DNA of 38,252 bases from Candidatus Thalassarchaeaceae archaeon (GCA_965660655.1 CBFIAW010000003.1:1-38252), one strand, 5' to 3'; numbered from the stretch's first letter, positions 9,479 to 19,483 are shown. Program-made: numbers and translations. The notes: generated from the letters alone by a model not told the origin.

Positions 9479-12400
9479 TTAGAACGGGGCGCTGACTCGT
9501 CTACCTGGTCTTCTCGTGAAGTAGAGGAGTGCTGTAATTAGCATAATCAGGAATGCGTATGCCAGGTACTTCAGGTTGTCATTCTCAACAGAGCTGCTCC
9601 AAAGCTGAGCCTCCAAGACGCAAGAGGCCTTGCCTTCGGACTTAGGAGATGTGCAAGACTCGGACTTTTCATCGAGTAATTCACCGTCTATTGAGAAAAC
9701 GAGCCAGTACGTCTTAGCCTCGGTAAACTGGGTGTAGTCCACCGTGATGTAGAAGGTCGATTCACTCATTGCTGAGACTGATCCACTGGATGTGGAGTTG
9801 ACACCGACCACATTGTTGCACGTGATATCGTAGCAGAGTGTTGCCGACAGGGTGACGCCCTCGGCGTCCACATTTCCAATGTTGGAGATATTGACAGAAT
9901 ATTGCTCGATTTCGCCAAAACTCGCGAAACCTCCTGAGCCACCGATGAGTATTGCCGAATCCCCCACGATAGAAAGGACCGGGGAGTCTGTCTCAATCAC
10001 TGTAGAGCCGGAGTAAGTGTTGTTGTCCTGATCTGAAACGGTGAATTTGATCTCCTCGGCATATGGGGAAGGCAATGCTGTTTGTGCGGAGCGGACTAGA
10101 GTGAAGGTGGCGGTTCCATCGGAGAATGGGGATGCTGGTTGAGTAGTTGGTCCGGCGAATTCCCACCATTCGGAGGAGTCAAATTGGAAGTAGAAGAACT
10201 CATCCGAGTTTCCAGTGTTCTTGAATGGGATCTCTATTGTCACAAGGGTTTCCTCCATGTTGAAGAAGAGGTTTTCAGGCTCATAGATCTCCATTCCATT
10301 GTTTTCTGGGATATCGACTCTCAACTCTAATTGGGTGGAATATCCCTGACTCGTGGATATCTTGACCAGTACCTTGTGCCCTTCTGAGAAGTGATGGGCG
10401 GTGCCGACGTTGGCTGGGACCACTCGGATGCTGAGATCTTCCGTTATGTCTGAATTGGTTAGCCCCATATCGAATGTGGCTGTTTCCAACCATTCCCCAG
10501 TTGAATTCTGGAATTGGACCTTCCAATCAGTTCCGTCGGCACCGGGGATGGTTCCAACCACTGTGTATTCATCGAATGAGTTGTGGCCTTCATACTCAAT
10601 CGATATTGTGAACTCGGCATCCTGATACTTACAGCCGCCGACTGAGTTCGTTGGCAGCCCCGTGCCCAATGGGAAGTCATCTTCCCAGTCTTTGTAACCG
10701 TCGTTGTCGTCATCTGGGTCGGCATTGTCCCCGATCAAGTCCCCATCGTTGTCTGAGGATTCGGTAGGGTCGTTCGGGAATGCGTCTTCGCCATTTATGA
10801 CCCCATCTCCGTCATTGTCGCTAGTGCAGGAAATATCCACCTCTTGAACCTCGATCCTATCAGAGCCTAGGACTGTGGTGATGACGCTCTGCTTCGAGAC
10901 CCTATCGATGCTGAGTGTGTTCAATGGGCTTACCTGTCCCGCTCTAATGGAGACTCCCTTGCCACCGGAGTAAGACACGTTCCTAACGCCCTCATCAATG
11001 TCAAAGCTACTGGAGGTTTGGACCGTCCCCGGCAAGATCAGGAGAGTCAGGATCCCGTCGCTTCCTAGTTCCTCGGACCATGAAATGGAGCCGTATTCTA
11101 TGACTAGGTCGTAATCCTCAACCTCGGTGAGGTCATGCAAACCTCCCTCGAAGTCCAACCAACTAGTATCAAGCATCAGAGTCCCGCCTTCGGTGAGTTT
11201 GGATTCGACTGAACCGCCCTCGACCCCGACTTCAAGAGACTCGATTGAGACTAGGCCAATGCACTCCGATGTAGAGCCATCAGAGGTTGTTGTTGCCATC
11301 GCTACCCAGCTTCCTGGTTGTATCGTGGCAGACCACTCCCCCAATGAGTTTCCAGATACCGTCACTCGGTCTCTGACTATCCCGTGAGAGGGGATAAGCT
11401 CAATCTGCCATCCGCCGCTAGAGATGCAGTTTTGATCCGGATAGGTGATAGTGCCTGAGACCTCGACCTCGCCGGCCGAAATCTCGATATCCTCGTTAAC
11501 TGAGGTTTCTCCGATATCGACTTGTGATGTCTGTGTCCCGAAGCCTTCCTTCTCGGCAGTGATATTCCATGAGCTTTGAGAGGGTAGGAATGTAGACCAT
11601 GAACCGTCCTGGCCCGTGATTATCTCATGACTCTGTAAATCGCTGCTGGTGATGTTAATCGTTGCATTAGCAATTCCTTCAGAGAATCCTGGCAAGTCAT
11701 CGTCATCTAGGTCCCAGAATACCTTGCCGCTAAGTCTGACTAGCATCTGAACTGTCAGGTATGCCTGGTGATCAGGGCCCACGGTTACTCCTGATTCCAC
11801 TAAAGATGTGTTCTCTAGGAACATTCTAACTCCATCTTGGTTGGTTTGGTTGATCTCGACATTCCACAGCCCTGGAACTAGTCTGATTTCGAGTGATTGC
11901 TCGAGTCCACCGACAGAAGTTACGAATGATCCGAGACCTTCCTGTGATGAAATCGTGAGATCAAACGACTCCAAGGTAACTTCGTCTTCTGAAGGGAACT
12001 GAAGGGTCACAGCCAGTGTGGCAAGCTCGGCTGTTTGGAAGTTCAGCCTGGATCCTGCCGATGATTGTGAAACTGAAAGTGACCTTCGTAACCCCTCGAA
12101 GACGCCAGTGTTAGTCTCGAACTCTTCTACGATGACGAGCCAGTCTCCCTCGTTGATGTACTCTACCAACATTCCATCTTCATTGGTTGTGAATGTCTGG
12201 ACCCAACCGCTCTCGGTGTTCTCAAGTTTGATCTCGTGATTGTTAAGAGTCTGGCCACTCTCGTTTCTGAAGGTGATGTTTGCCAGCCACCTTGGCTCGA
12301 ATCCGACGGAACGCTTGACAGTGGATGGTTCAATCTCAACATCAAATATCTCATTTGTGTCATAGAGGGTATCGAAAGGCTCGTCTGCAGAAGAGTTCGC

Positions 12401-15400
12401 CCTCTCAACCACTATTCGGTACCTTCCTGGTTCGAGTGATATCTCTGCCATTCCCGTTTCTATCCACTCGGGTCCGTCAGCCGAAACTGAGTAGCCAGCC
12501 CCATTGGGTGATAATGGTTTGATCTCGAAGGGATAGGAAACAGGGGTCCCGTTTGATGCATTGTTGTCGCCGTCATGGTCGATGAAGAAGTCAATCTGGA
12601 CGGTACTATTCTCTAGCGTCAGGACAAGTAGCTCGATTGTTGGGTCATCTAATGAGGAGTTGATTTCCTTGACTACTGAACTGCTTCCCATGTCATCTCC
12701 TGCGTCCAACGTGAAAGACCAGTTTCCGTAGGGGAGAAGCATGTCGAAACGTCCGAGATCATCCACCTCTTCCCTCCAAACGGCGTCTGTTGTGCCGTCC
12801 AAGTTGTTTGCTTGGGCGAAAATTGGTTGCCATCCCGAGAACCCTTGGTTGTATGTGTTTCCTTCCCGATTAAGGCTCACTTCTCCGAGAACCACTGTCG
12901 AATCTGTGAGTTCGATAGTGATATCTCCCACCTCATCCGTGACTTGGAAGCTAGTCCCATTGGAAAAGAGGCCGCCGGCGCCTACTATCCTTTCCACGGT
13001 TGCTTGGACAAATGCTCCTTGTGGCAGTATGACGCTGAATTCACCCAATGAGTCCGTTGTAGATTTGAGAGTGAAACCTTCCCATTGGAACAAAACCTCT
13101 TGGTTACTGACTCTAGAGAGTTGGGAAATAGTACCTTCCTTGTCTGGTTTGTCAACCACCGTTCCATTTACTACCTGACTGACTAGGAATTCGAAAGATT
13201 CGTTGACATCAACAACCCCTATCGAGATACGCTGCCACAGTTGCTTCTCATCGCTAAGGGTGTAATTGAGTATCCAATCCCCCAGGAGCAGTTCGACGTG
13301 GTATGTTTTTGTCACGTTGTCGAACATTGCTGATACAGGAGTTCTGGATAGGTCCTCCGGGATGAATTGCAATTGCAGGTCGTCTACGCTTGTACCATCG
13401 TCAGTAAGGGTGAATGTGATGTCGGATGTCTGGGGAACTTCTGAAGGGAATGCAACAAGCGATGTTTGGCCTGATTCGAATGTGAAGATCTGGGAAACCT
13501 CTGGGAATCCATCATCGTCGATGTCAACCTCTGCCAAGTAAGAACCGGGTACTATGGGGCCGACCTCGAAAGACCCGCTTTCGTCGGGGATTGCAAAGCA
13601 CGGCTGAGTAACGACTCCCTGGCACTCATCCTGCGAATCATCACTAGAGCCGTTTATTGAGAATATTGCAATCTCATTGGATAATGGTTTTCCGGAGAAG
13701 AGCGAGACGGTGCCCTTGATGGCGCCACCGGAGATTGACACCGGGACCTGGTACTCAGAAGATTCAAGTGCGACTACAAAGGGTTGCGATAGCTCGACGG
13801 GCTCACCTACCCCGAAATCAACTGATACTACGTACTCCCCCGGAAGAACGTCGACAATATGGAATGAACCCGGACTGACCATTGGTCCGCTGAACGTCCC
13901 ATGGCCTGAGAACATCCCAGTTCCGTTTACTGTGCCAAACGTGGTGAGATTCTGTGAAGAGTCTGTCACGAATATTCCCGAGCCGATAAATGTGGCCTGA
14001 GAGAGAACCCTAGTGAATTCGCTAACCCCATAGGAAGTGAACTTGCCTGAGCCGTTAACAGTGCCGTCTATGAGATAACTGCCAATCTCACTAATACATG
14101 CCTCAGAGCCGTTGGGGACTGAGTCTACAGAACAATTTGGGAAGTCTCCGGAAATTGACCCATCGACCATCCCCTTTCCAGAGAATTGACCCTCTCCAGT
14201 AATGCTATGGTTGTCGAAGACAGCCTGAGCGTGGGTACCGGTGAAGTCGTGAACTGAGACTGCCCCCATGCTCTCTACCTTTCCACCCCCTAGGAATGTT
14301 ACTTCTCCGGTTCCAGTGAATTTCAGGCTCTCCCCAACCATGCTCCCATCGGAAGTCATGGAGGCATAGGGTTGGATGGAAACCTCATCTGAAGAAGGGG
14401 TTAGTACGACTTGGACCGAAAGAACGGGTTCTCCATCAAAGTCTAGATCGCCCGACCATGAGAGGATCCCTGAGGCGGTTGATGGAGAGACGGAGATGGG
14501 GGCCTCAATTACCGATTTACCGTTGCTGTGCCCATCTGAACCCGATATGTTCACGATCGTCTCGGAGAGCCAAGTGGACCCGTAGACGTTTCCTAGAATT
14601 CCAGTAACTGGGTTTACATCCCGATTCTGAGAACTCTCAGTGAAAAGTTCTTCCATTGAGTTCCCCATTCCAGTCATCAGTGCAGTTCTGCCTGCTTCCA
14701 AGTCTGGTTGGCCAGAGAATGCGGAGACCCTAATCTTACCAGCAGGGACGGTGAATGAGAAGTGCCCATGCTCGTCTGCTTGGGTACTACCGATGGGAAT
14801 CCAGTATGTCCTAGAGTCGTTGTCGACAACATTTCCATTTGCGTCTGCAGACTCCTCTCCGCTGAATGCGTCCCTCTCAATTAGAATCCTAGCGTTAGGT
14901 ACTGGGCCGATGCCCTCCAAAGAGACAGTTCCCTCTAGGGTGGCACCACTGAAGTATTTCAGAATCTTCACGTTCCTGTTTGAGTCGTAAATCGAACCAC
15001 AGTACCTGTCTGCCTTTCCGGTTAGGGTGAAGTCTGTGACATTGGCAGTCGAAGAGGCTTGTGAACTGATGGAAAATGTCTGGCCATCGGCGTCGTAGGA
15101 GCCAGTATATGCACCCATTGGGATGGTTCCGTTTTCCACTTGGGTCATCTCCCAGGGGCCGCCCGATTGAATCTGCGACCACCCGGACGAAAGGCTGGAG
15201 GAAGACAGCGTGACATTTGACAACTGAGAATTGCCCGCTTTCGTTGATGCAGACCCAGTAATCTGGATTTCTTCGCATGAGGTCCCATTCGTAGGGTCGT
15301 ACCAGTTGGACAGAACAAAGTGGTTCATCATTGCACCTGGGAGGGCCATTGCGCCCTGCAAGTAGCTCCCCGGAGTCCCGGTTAGGGAATTCGGAAGAAT

Positions 15401-18400
15401 CCAAGTCGAGGGCGTGTCGGCATCTCCGACCTGTCCGCTCATCGATGGAAGCCCCAATGTGGAAGTCCCATAGCCGACATATGTCCTTGCGATCATGGTG
15501 TCGAAGAAGCTGTCCAGATGTTGGTAGTCCATGTCTGTCATCTGGATCATATCTTCCCCGGTCGATGCCCCTGATGCCTGAGCCTTCAGGTCGCTCATGT
15601 ACTGGGTTTGGAAATCCTCGGGAGACTTAGGCCCCTGGTTTGTCTCGTAAGTTGTAGTGATGTAAGAGTCTATGTCAAGACCGGAGAGATGGGTAGGAGC
15701 ATGAAAAATCCCAGTAGTCTGCCCTCTGTGGTACGATTTATAGTCCTGGTAATATTTTCCACCTAGAGGATAAAGACGGTTATCAACAGCAAAGTATCGT
15801 ATCTCGTGGTTCCTCGAGGTCGTGCTGCCGTGAGACTCCTCGTAGTCTGAGACCTCGTATGAGTCGATTGAGGTGATGCCATCGTATATCTGTACCAAAT
15901 CATCAAGGGAGAAGGCCGTTATTAGGAAAGCACGAGCCATCCCGAACCTAGCATTGGTCCTGTGGAGTGCGGTCGAGAGGTCATCGTAGTCGTCGATGAT
16001 GTCACGAGTATACCGGTATCCGGACATATCATAGTGACTTACGTCGTCAAAGTCGGACAATTCGAACGCGGATGAGGAACCGCGAGCCTCGTCGAATAGA
16101 GACATTGCCTCGGAAACATTGGTAGTAGGCTCACCGAATATCTCCCCATTTACTAGTACGATATAGGTATCCAAACAGGCGCCGGTGCAAGTCAGACCAT
16201 CTTCATTGAGAGGGTTTCCCATGAGTAGTTCGGCATCTCCGTATTCCGCTACAACTGCCATCAAACGGCCTTCAAGAAAGCTCTTCTCATTGTTGGAAAT
16301 GATTGCCACAAATTCCTGAACCTGTGCCTCAGACATGTGCTCCCCAATGACACTGGTGAAAGGCTCGCCAAGTTGCCCATTGATGCTTCTATCGCCCATA
16401 GCCAAGGTAGTGATGAACAAAGACAAAGTGTCTTCCTGGCCACTTGAGAGGAGCATGGCCCCACTGTGTGGAATTCCAGACTGGAAGTTGTCGGCAACAG
16501 TTGGGTGCTGACCGGATGCTAGGGCCTGGAATCCATAGTCCCACCAAGAAACGAAGGCGGGACGGTCACTGAATGGCGTGTCGCTGTCCTGCTGAGCAAG
16601 CCAGTCGTATGCCTCGTTCCACCCCTGTTGATTGAAACTCGGACCGAAAGTGCCCATGTACCAAAGGCCTGATTCAGGATCACTTGGGTCGTATTGTTCG
16701 CTATTCATGACCGAGAACAGACCAAGCAAGTCCTGCCGCAGAATATCGGGAACTATGTCGTATAGGCTCTGGTCGATGTCGTCCGCTGACCGATCCCCTC
16801 GAGGAATTCCTGCGTCGATCCCGTAAGTCGCATGTTGGGATGTGATAAGGAGCAATACCATAATCATGGCAGGAACTCCGGGGCGTGCCTTAGTGGCGGG
16901 CCACAAGGACTTGAACCGCGTCCTTGGAGTTCCTATTCCAGAGTTCCTCCACACCTTGGCGAATGCTGGCAAGCTTGCGGAGCCCCAAAGCATGGAAATA
17001 CCGATGCCACCAACTGCTGCCATCACTGGCGTGGCGTTGATGATGAATCGACCGGCTGACCACGCCATGTATGACGCGATAATTGTCCAGAGTCCCAGAA
17101 GAGTTAGTTCTGACTTGTTCTTGCGGCTCCCTCTCCACAATAGCAAGAATGCACACCCTATTGCGATTATAGCCACAACTGGTCCATACGATGCGAACAG
17201 AACCCCTCTCTCGGGCGCTTGAGCCTCGCCGATCGTTCCGAATATTTTGTTCTTAGAGAAGTAGAACCCACCGGTGAAGAGAATGTCCCATCCGTTGTAA
17301 AAGCCAGACTCCTGCAGAATGAATAGCAAAGAGAGGATCGACCCGAATAATGTGCTCCCGCCCAAAACCACTAGTAGCCAAGGTTTGTCCCTGAAGGAGC
17401 TTGATACCCATCCCACGGCGAAGGTGAAACCGATGATGTAGAACATCGGTTGCATGCCACTAGGGGCAAAGAGAAGATTCAAGCCTGGCCATGCATAGAA
17501 TGGAGCCGGGACGAGAATGGAGACAAACATCATTTGGAGTGCTGCAGAGGTAAATTGGATACTATCCCTGCTCTTGAAGATGTTAATCGTTACCTGGAAC
17601 GAGTAAGCGAGGAAGAGTATCCCTGGCCCGTAAACGAAGCCTTTCCAACCAAGGGCCATTATTGAGAATGCGATTCCTGACATGGTGGCATTTGCCATCA
17701 AAGACGGGTTCCTCTTCCAAGTCTCCCTCATCCCTGCGATTATGTATAGAGGATTTGGGCTAGTTGTCTTGAAGAGCTTCTTGTGATCAATTTTCTCTAT
17801 GGCCCTGATCCAGAAGTAGAATGCGATGGCCAGGAAAAGCATTGCAAACGAGTCGTGATCAGACATCGCGAAAGTGGATCGGCTCATGTGACCGGGCATT
17901 AAGGCGATCAGCCAGGCAGCGATCATCCCGGCCCTTCTACTGTGTGCGCGTGAGGCTATTCCAGCAACGGGCAGAACGATGAGGGCTCCGTAGATTGCCG
18001 GTAGAGCGGCCATGGACCACCATACAGCCTGATCGGTTGGAATCTCGAGAACCCATGAGAGTGCTATACCGCCAAGAGCTAAGGACCACGAGAAGAGTGG
18101 TGGTCTCGGGTTTATTCCTCCCGATGGATACGCCCTATCATGATCAAAAATCAAGTGGCTTCTCTCAGCGATAATGTAATCGACTACTCGCTTCATGTAC
18201 CAAGGATCCGAACCGCCAGTCATATCCCATAGGCCAGTTCCATTCGCATTCATTGCCGGAATTACGTTCCATGCAATTCTTACAATTAGTGCTATTAGGA
18301 AGGCAAGCGAAACCATCACGACGTAGGAGTTGTCATCCCACCAAACTCTGAATTCGCTCCGGTCCCTTCGAGGGGCAACGTCACCGAAGACGCCTCTGGA

Positions 18401-19408
18401 GGCAAAGAAAAGAGCGAAGAAGTTCATCCAGAACCACAAGAAGAACCATGTGAAAGAACCGATGAAGCCATCGTCCGAGAATATGGAGGGAAGTTCGTTC
18501 CCAATTTCATGGATGTGGCCAATGGTGTACAAGACCCAATTAACTGCAAGCAATGCTCCTAATACGTGCCATCCTTCGGCCCTGAAGAAGGCATGGATGA
18601 AGATTACCAAGGCAGAGAAAGATCCCCATGCCACTCCGATATGACTTTCCTGCGAAAATTCCTGAAGAGTGTCTATCTGCCCTATCCAAATGAGGGGAAC
18701 CATGAAACTTGCAAAAATAAGGGACGAGTAAACGACCACCTCTGGATTCTCTCTAAAGGTTGGCAGGACTGACATGAGTCGCCCCTTACCTCTCTGCTCA
18801 ATTGACCCTCTAAGGCCGATCATTACTACTAATCCCAGTGATATTGAAGATAGCCAGAATGAGAAGAATGCACTGCCAAGTGATTCCCTGGCTGTGTCGA
18901 TGGCGGCTAGAGAGTCATTTTGGGCGATCATTAGTCCGCCCGCGTAGTATGCCGCAAGCCTCATTCCCAGAACTACTGAGAGGAAGGATGCGGATTCCTC
19001 GAATCTATTGGATTCGTTGAGTACAGCTGAGACAAAACCGACGAGGACGAATGTTGCAACGAACATGTGATTGAAGTCGACGGGGTCCACGAAATTAGCG
19101 ATGATGCCGAGGATCGCCGTGACAAGAGTAAGTGTGACTACTCGCAATGATCCAGAATCAAGAGGAATCAGCCACGAGGTTCTCCCAATGCATGCTGGAA
19201 TCAGAACCGAGAGGGAAATCAGGATAGCCCCCGATAAGAAATCTCCACTGACGTCTCTGCCGTCAAGAGAAGATGCCCCGATGGTTAATCCGAGTAGGGC
19301 TAGAGTGATCGCAATGGGAGCGAATAGATTGTTGAATTGGGCGACTTTAGGGGTATCTTTCTCCACTTCCATCCCATCCACCGGACCTATTTGCCAATGA
19401 CTCAGCAT
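9479..19408 (-). CDS. aglB: Giant oligosaccharyltransferase AglB/STT3 with an extra N-terminal membrane domain and a long extracellular repeat extension ending in a TM anchor
   Basis: STT3/AglB motifs in order: SDPWY, YPSGGINPRPPLF, SDHD, TIGE (TIXE), RF, WWDYG (16532-16546), ADNFQ, VKILKY. They are followed by carboxypeptidase-regulatory-like beta repeats, a TSP3-like repeat, a CARDB-like domain, a TM helix and a basic tail. Alternative start ATG 19372. Confidence 0.9.
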   Translation of the reverse strand: MLSHWQIGPVDGMEVEKDTPKVAQFNNLFAPIAITLALLGLTIGASSLDGRDVSGDFLSGAILISLSVLIPACIGRTSWLIPLDSGSLRVVTLTLVTAILGIIANFVDPVDFNHMFVATFVLVGFVSAVLNESNRFEESASFLSVVLGMRLAAYYAGGLMIAQNDSLAAIDTARESLGSAFFSFWLSSISLGLVVMIGLRGSIEQRGKGRLMSVLPTFRENPEVVVYSSLIFASFMVPLIWIGQIDTLQEFSQESHIGVAWGSFSALVIFIHAFFRAEGWHVLGALLAVNWVLYTIGHIHEIGNELPSIFSDDGFIGSFTWFFLWFWMNFFALFFASRGVFGDVAPRRDRSEFRVWWDDNSYVVMVSLAFLIALIVRIAWNVIPAMNANGTGLWDMTGGSDPWYMKRVVDYIIAERSHLIFDHDRAYPSGGINPRPPLFSWSLALGGIALSWVLEIPTDQAVWWSMAALPAIYGALIVLPVAGIASRAHSRRAGMIAAWLIALMPGHMSRSTFAMSDHDSFAMLFLAIAFYFWIRAIEKIDHKKLFKTTSPNPLYIIAGMRETWKRNPSLMANATMSGIAFSIMALGWKGFVYGPGILFLAYSFQVTINIFKSRDSIQFTSAALQMMFVSILVPAPFYAWPGLNLLFAPSGMQPMFYIIGFTFAVGWVSSSFRDKPWLLVVLGGSTLFGSILSLLFILQESGFYNGWDILFTGGFYFSKNKIFGTIGEAQAPERGVLFASYGPVVAIIAIGCAFLLLWRGSRKNKSELTLLGLWTIIASYMAWSAGRFIINATPVMAAVGGIGISMLWGSASLPAFAKVWRNSGIGTPRTRFKSLWPATKARPGVPAMIMVLLLITSQHATYGIDAGIPRGDRSADDIDQSLYDIVPDILRQDLLGLFSVMNSEQYDPSDPESGLWYMGTFGPSFNQQGWNEAYDWLAQQDSDTPFSDRPAFVSWWDYGFQALASGQHPTVADNFQSGIPHSGAMLLSSGQEDTLSLFITTLAMGDRSINGQLGEPFTSVIGEHMSEAQVQEFVAIISNNEKSFLEGRLMAVVAEYGDAELLMGNPLNEDGLTCTGACLDTYIVLVNGEIFGEPTTNVSEAMSLFDEARGSSSAFELSDFDDVSHYDMSGYRYTRDIIDDYDDLSTALHRTNARFGMARAFLITAFSLDDLVQIYDGITSIDSYEVSDYEESHGSTTSRNHEIRYFAVDNRLYPLGGKYYQDYKSYHRGQTTGIFHAPTHLSGLDIDSYITTTYETNQGPKSPEDFQTQYMSDLKAQASGASTGEDMIQMTDMDYQHLDSFFDTMIARTYVGYGTSTLGLPSMSGQVGDADTPSTWILPNSLTGTPGSYLQGAMALPGAMMNHFVLSNWYDPTNGTSCEEIQITGSASTKAGNSQLSNVTLSSSSLSSGWSQIQSGGPWEMTQVENGTIPMGAYTGSYDADGQTFSISSQASSTANVTDFTLTGKADRYCGSIYDSNRNVKILKYFSGATLEGTVSLEGIGPVPNARILIERDAFSGEESADANGNVVDNDSRTYWIPIGSTQADEHGHFSFTVPAGKIRVSAFSGQPDLEAGRTALMTGMGNSMEELFTESSQNRDVNPVTGILGNVYGSTWLSETIVNISGSDGHSNGKSVIEAPISVSPSTASGILSWSGDLDFDGEPVLSVQVVLTPSSDEVSIQPYASMTSDGSMVGESLKFTGTGEVTFLGGGKVESMGAVSVHDFTGTHAQAVFDNHSITGEGQFSGKGMVDGSISGDFPNCSVDSVPNGSEACISEIGSYLIDGTVNGSGKFTSYGVSEFTRVLSQATFIGSGIFVTDSSQNLTTFGTVNGTGMFSGHGTFSGPMVSPGSFHIVDVLPGEYVVSVDFGVGEPVELSQPFVVALESSEYQVPVSISGGAIKGTVSLFSGKPLSNEIAIFSINGSSDDSQDECQGVVTQPCFAIPDESGSFEVGPIVPGSYLAEVDIDDDGFPEVSQIFTFESGQTSLVAFPSEVPQTSDITFTLTDDGTSVDDLQLQFIPEDLSRTPVSAMFDNVTKTYHVELLLGDWILNYTLSDEKQLWQRISIGVVDVNESFEFLVSQVVNGTVVDKPDKEGTISQLSRVSNQEVLFQWEGFTLKSTTDSLGEFSVILPQGAFVQATVERIVGAGGLFSNGTSFQVTDEVGDITIELTDSTVVLGEVSLNREGNTYNQGFSGWQPIFAQANNLDGTTDAVWREEVDDLGRFDMLLPYGNWSFTLDAGDDMGSSSVVKEINSSLDDPTIELLVLTLENSTVQIDFFIDHDGDNNASNGTPVSYPFEIKPLSPNGAGYSVSADGPEWIETGMAEISLEPGRYRIVVERANSSADEPFDTLYDTNEIFDVEIEPSTVKRSVGFEPRWLANITFRNESGQTLNNHEIKLENTESGWVQTFTTNEDGMLVEYINEGDWLVIVEEFETNTGVFEGLRRSLSVSQSSAGSRLNFQTAELATLAVTLQFPSEDEVTLESFDLTISSQEGLGSFVTSVGGLEQSLEIRLVPGLWNVEINQTNQDGVRMFLENTSLVESGVTVGPDHQAYLTVQMLVRLSGKVFWDLDDDDLPGFSEGIANATINITSSDLQSHEIITGQDGSWSTFLPSQSSWNITAEKEGFGTQTSQVDIGETSVNEDIEISAGEVEVSGTITYPDQNCISSGGWQIELIPSHGIVRDRVTVSGNSLGEWSATIQPGSWVAMATTTSDGSTSECIGLVSIESLEVGVEGGSVESKLTEGGTLMLDTSWLDFEGGLHDLTEVEDYDLVIEYGSISWSEELGSDGILTLLILPGTVQTSSSFDIDEGVRNVSYSGGKGVSIRAGQVSPLNTLSIDRVSKQSVITTVLGSDRIEVQEVDISCTSDNDGDGVINGEDAFPNDPTESSDNDGDLIGDNADPDDDNDGYKDWEDDFPLGTGLPTNSVGGCKYQDAEFTISIEYEGHNSFDEYTVVGTIPGADGTDWKVQFQNSTGEWLETATFDMGLTNSDITEDLSIRVVPANVGTAHHFSEGHKVLVKISTSQGYSTQLELRVDIPENNGMEIYEPENLFFNMEETLVTIEIPFKNTGNSDEFFYFQFDSSEWWEFAGPTTQPASPFSDGTATFTLVRSAQTALPSPYAEEIKFTVSDQDNNTYSGSTVIETDSPVLSIVGDSAILIGGSGGFASFGEIEQYSVNISNIGNVDAEGVTLSATLCYDITCNNVVGVNSTSSGSVSAMSESTFYITVDYTQFTEAKTYWLVFSIDGELLDEKSESCTSPKSEGKASCVLEAQLWSSSVENDNLKYLAYAFLIMLITALLYFTRRPGRRVSAPF

Positions 19409-19419
19409 CGCGCCGACCT

Positions 19420-19450
19420 GAACGGTTGTTTTAACCGTTCGTAGAACGGT
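19420..19450. promoter_or_regulatory. Three GAACGGT copies in alternating orientation around the putative TATA box of aglB
   Basis: GAACGGTT (19420-27), AACCGTTC (19433-40), GAACGGT (19444-50). Minus-strand TTAAAA at 19434-19429 lies 21-26 nt upstream of ATG 19408. Confidence 0.45.
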
Positions 19451-19483
19451 AGGGAATTAGGGGCCCCGGATTGGTCCTAAATT

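Noticed and set aside
9479-19408. Intein as the explanation for the size of AglB
   Set aside because: I saw no intein terminal motifs (C...HN-C/S/T) or LAGLIDADG blocks; the extra length looks like extracellular repeat domains.
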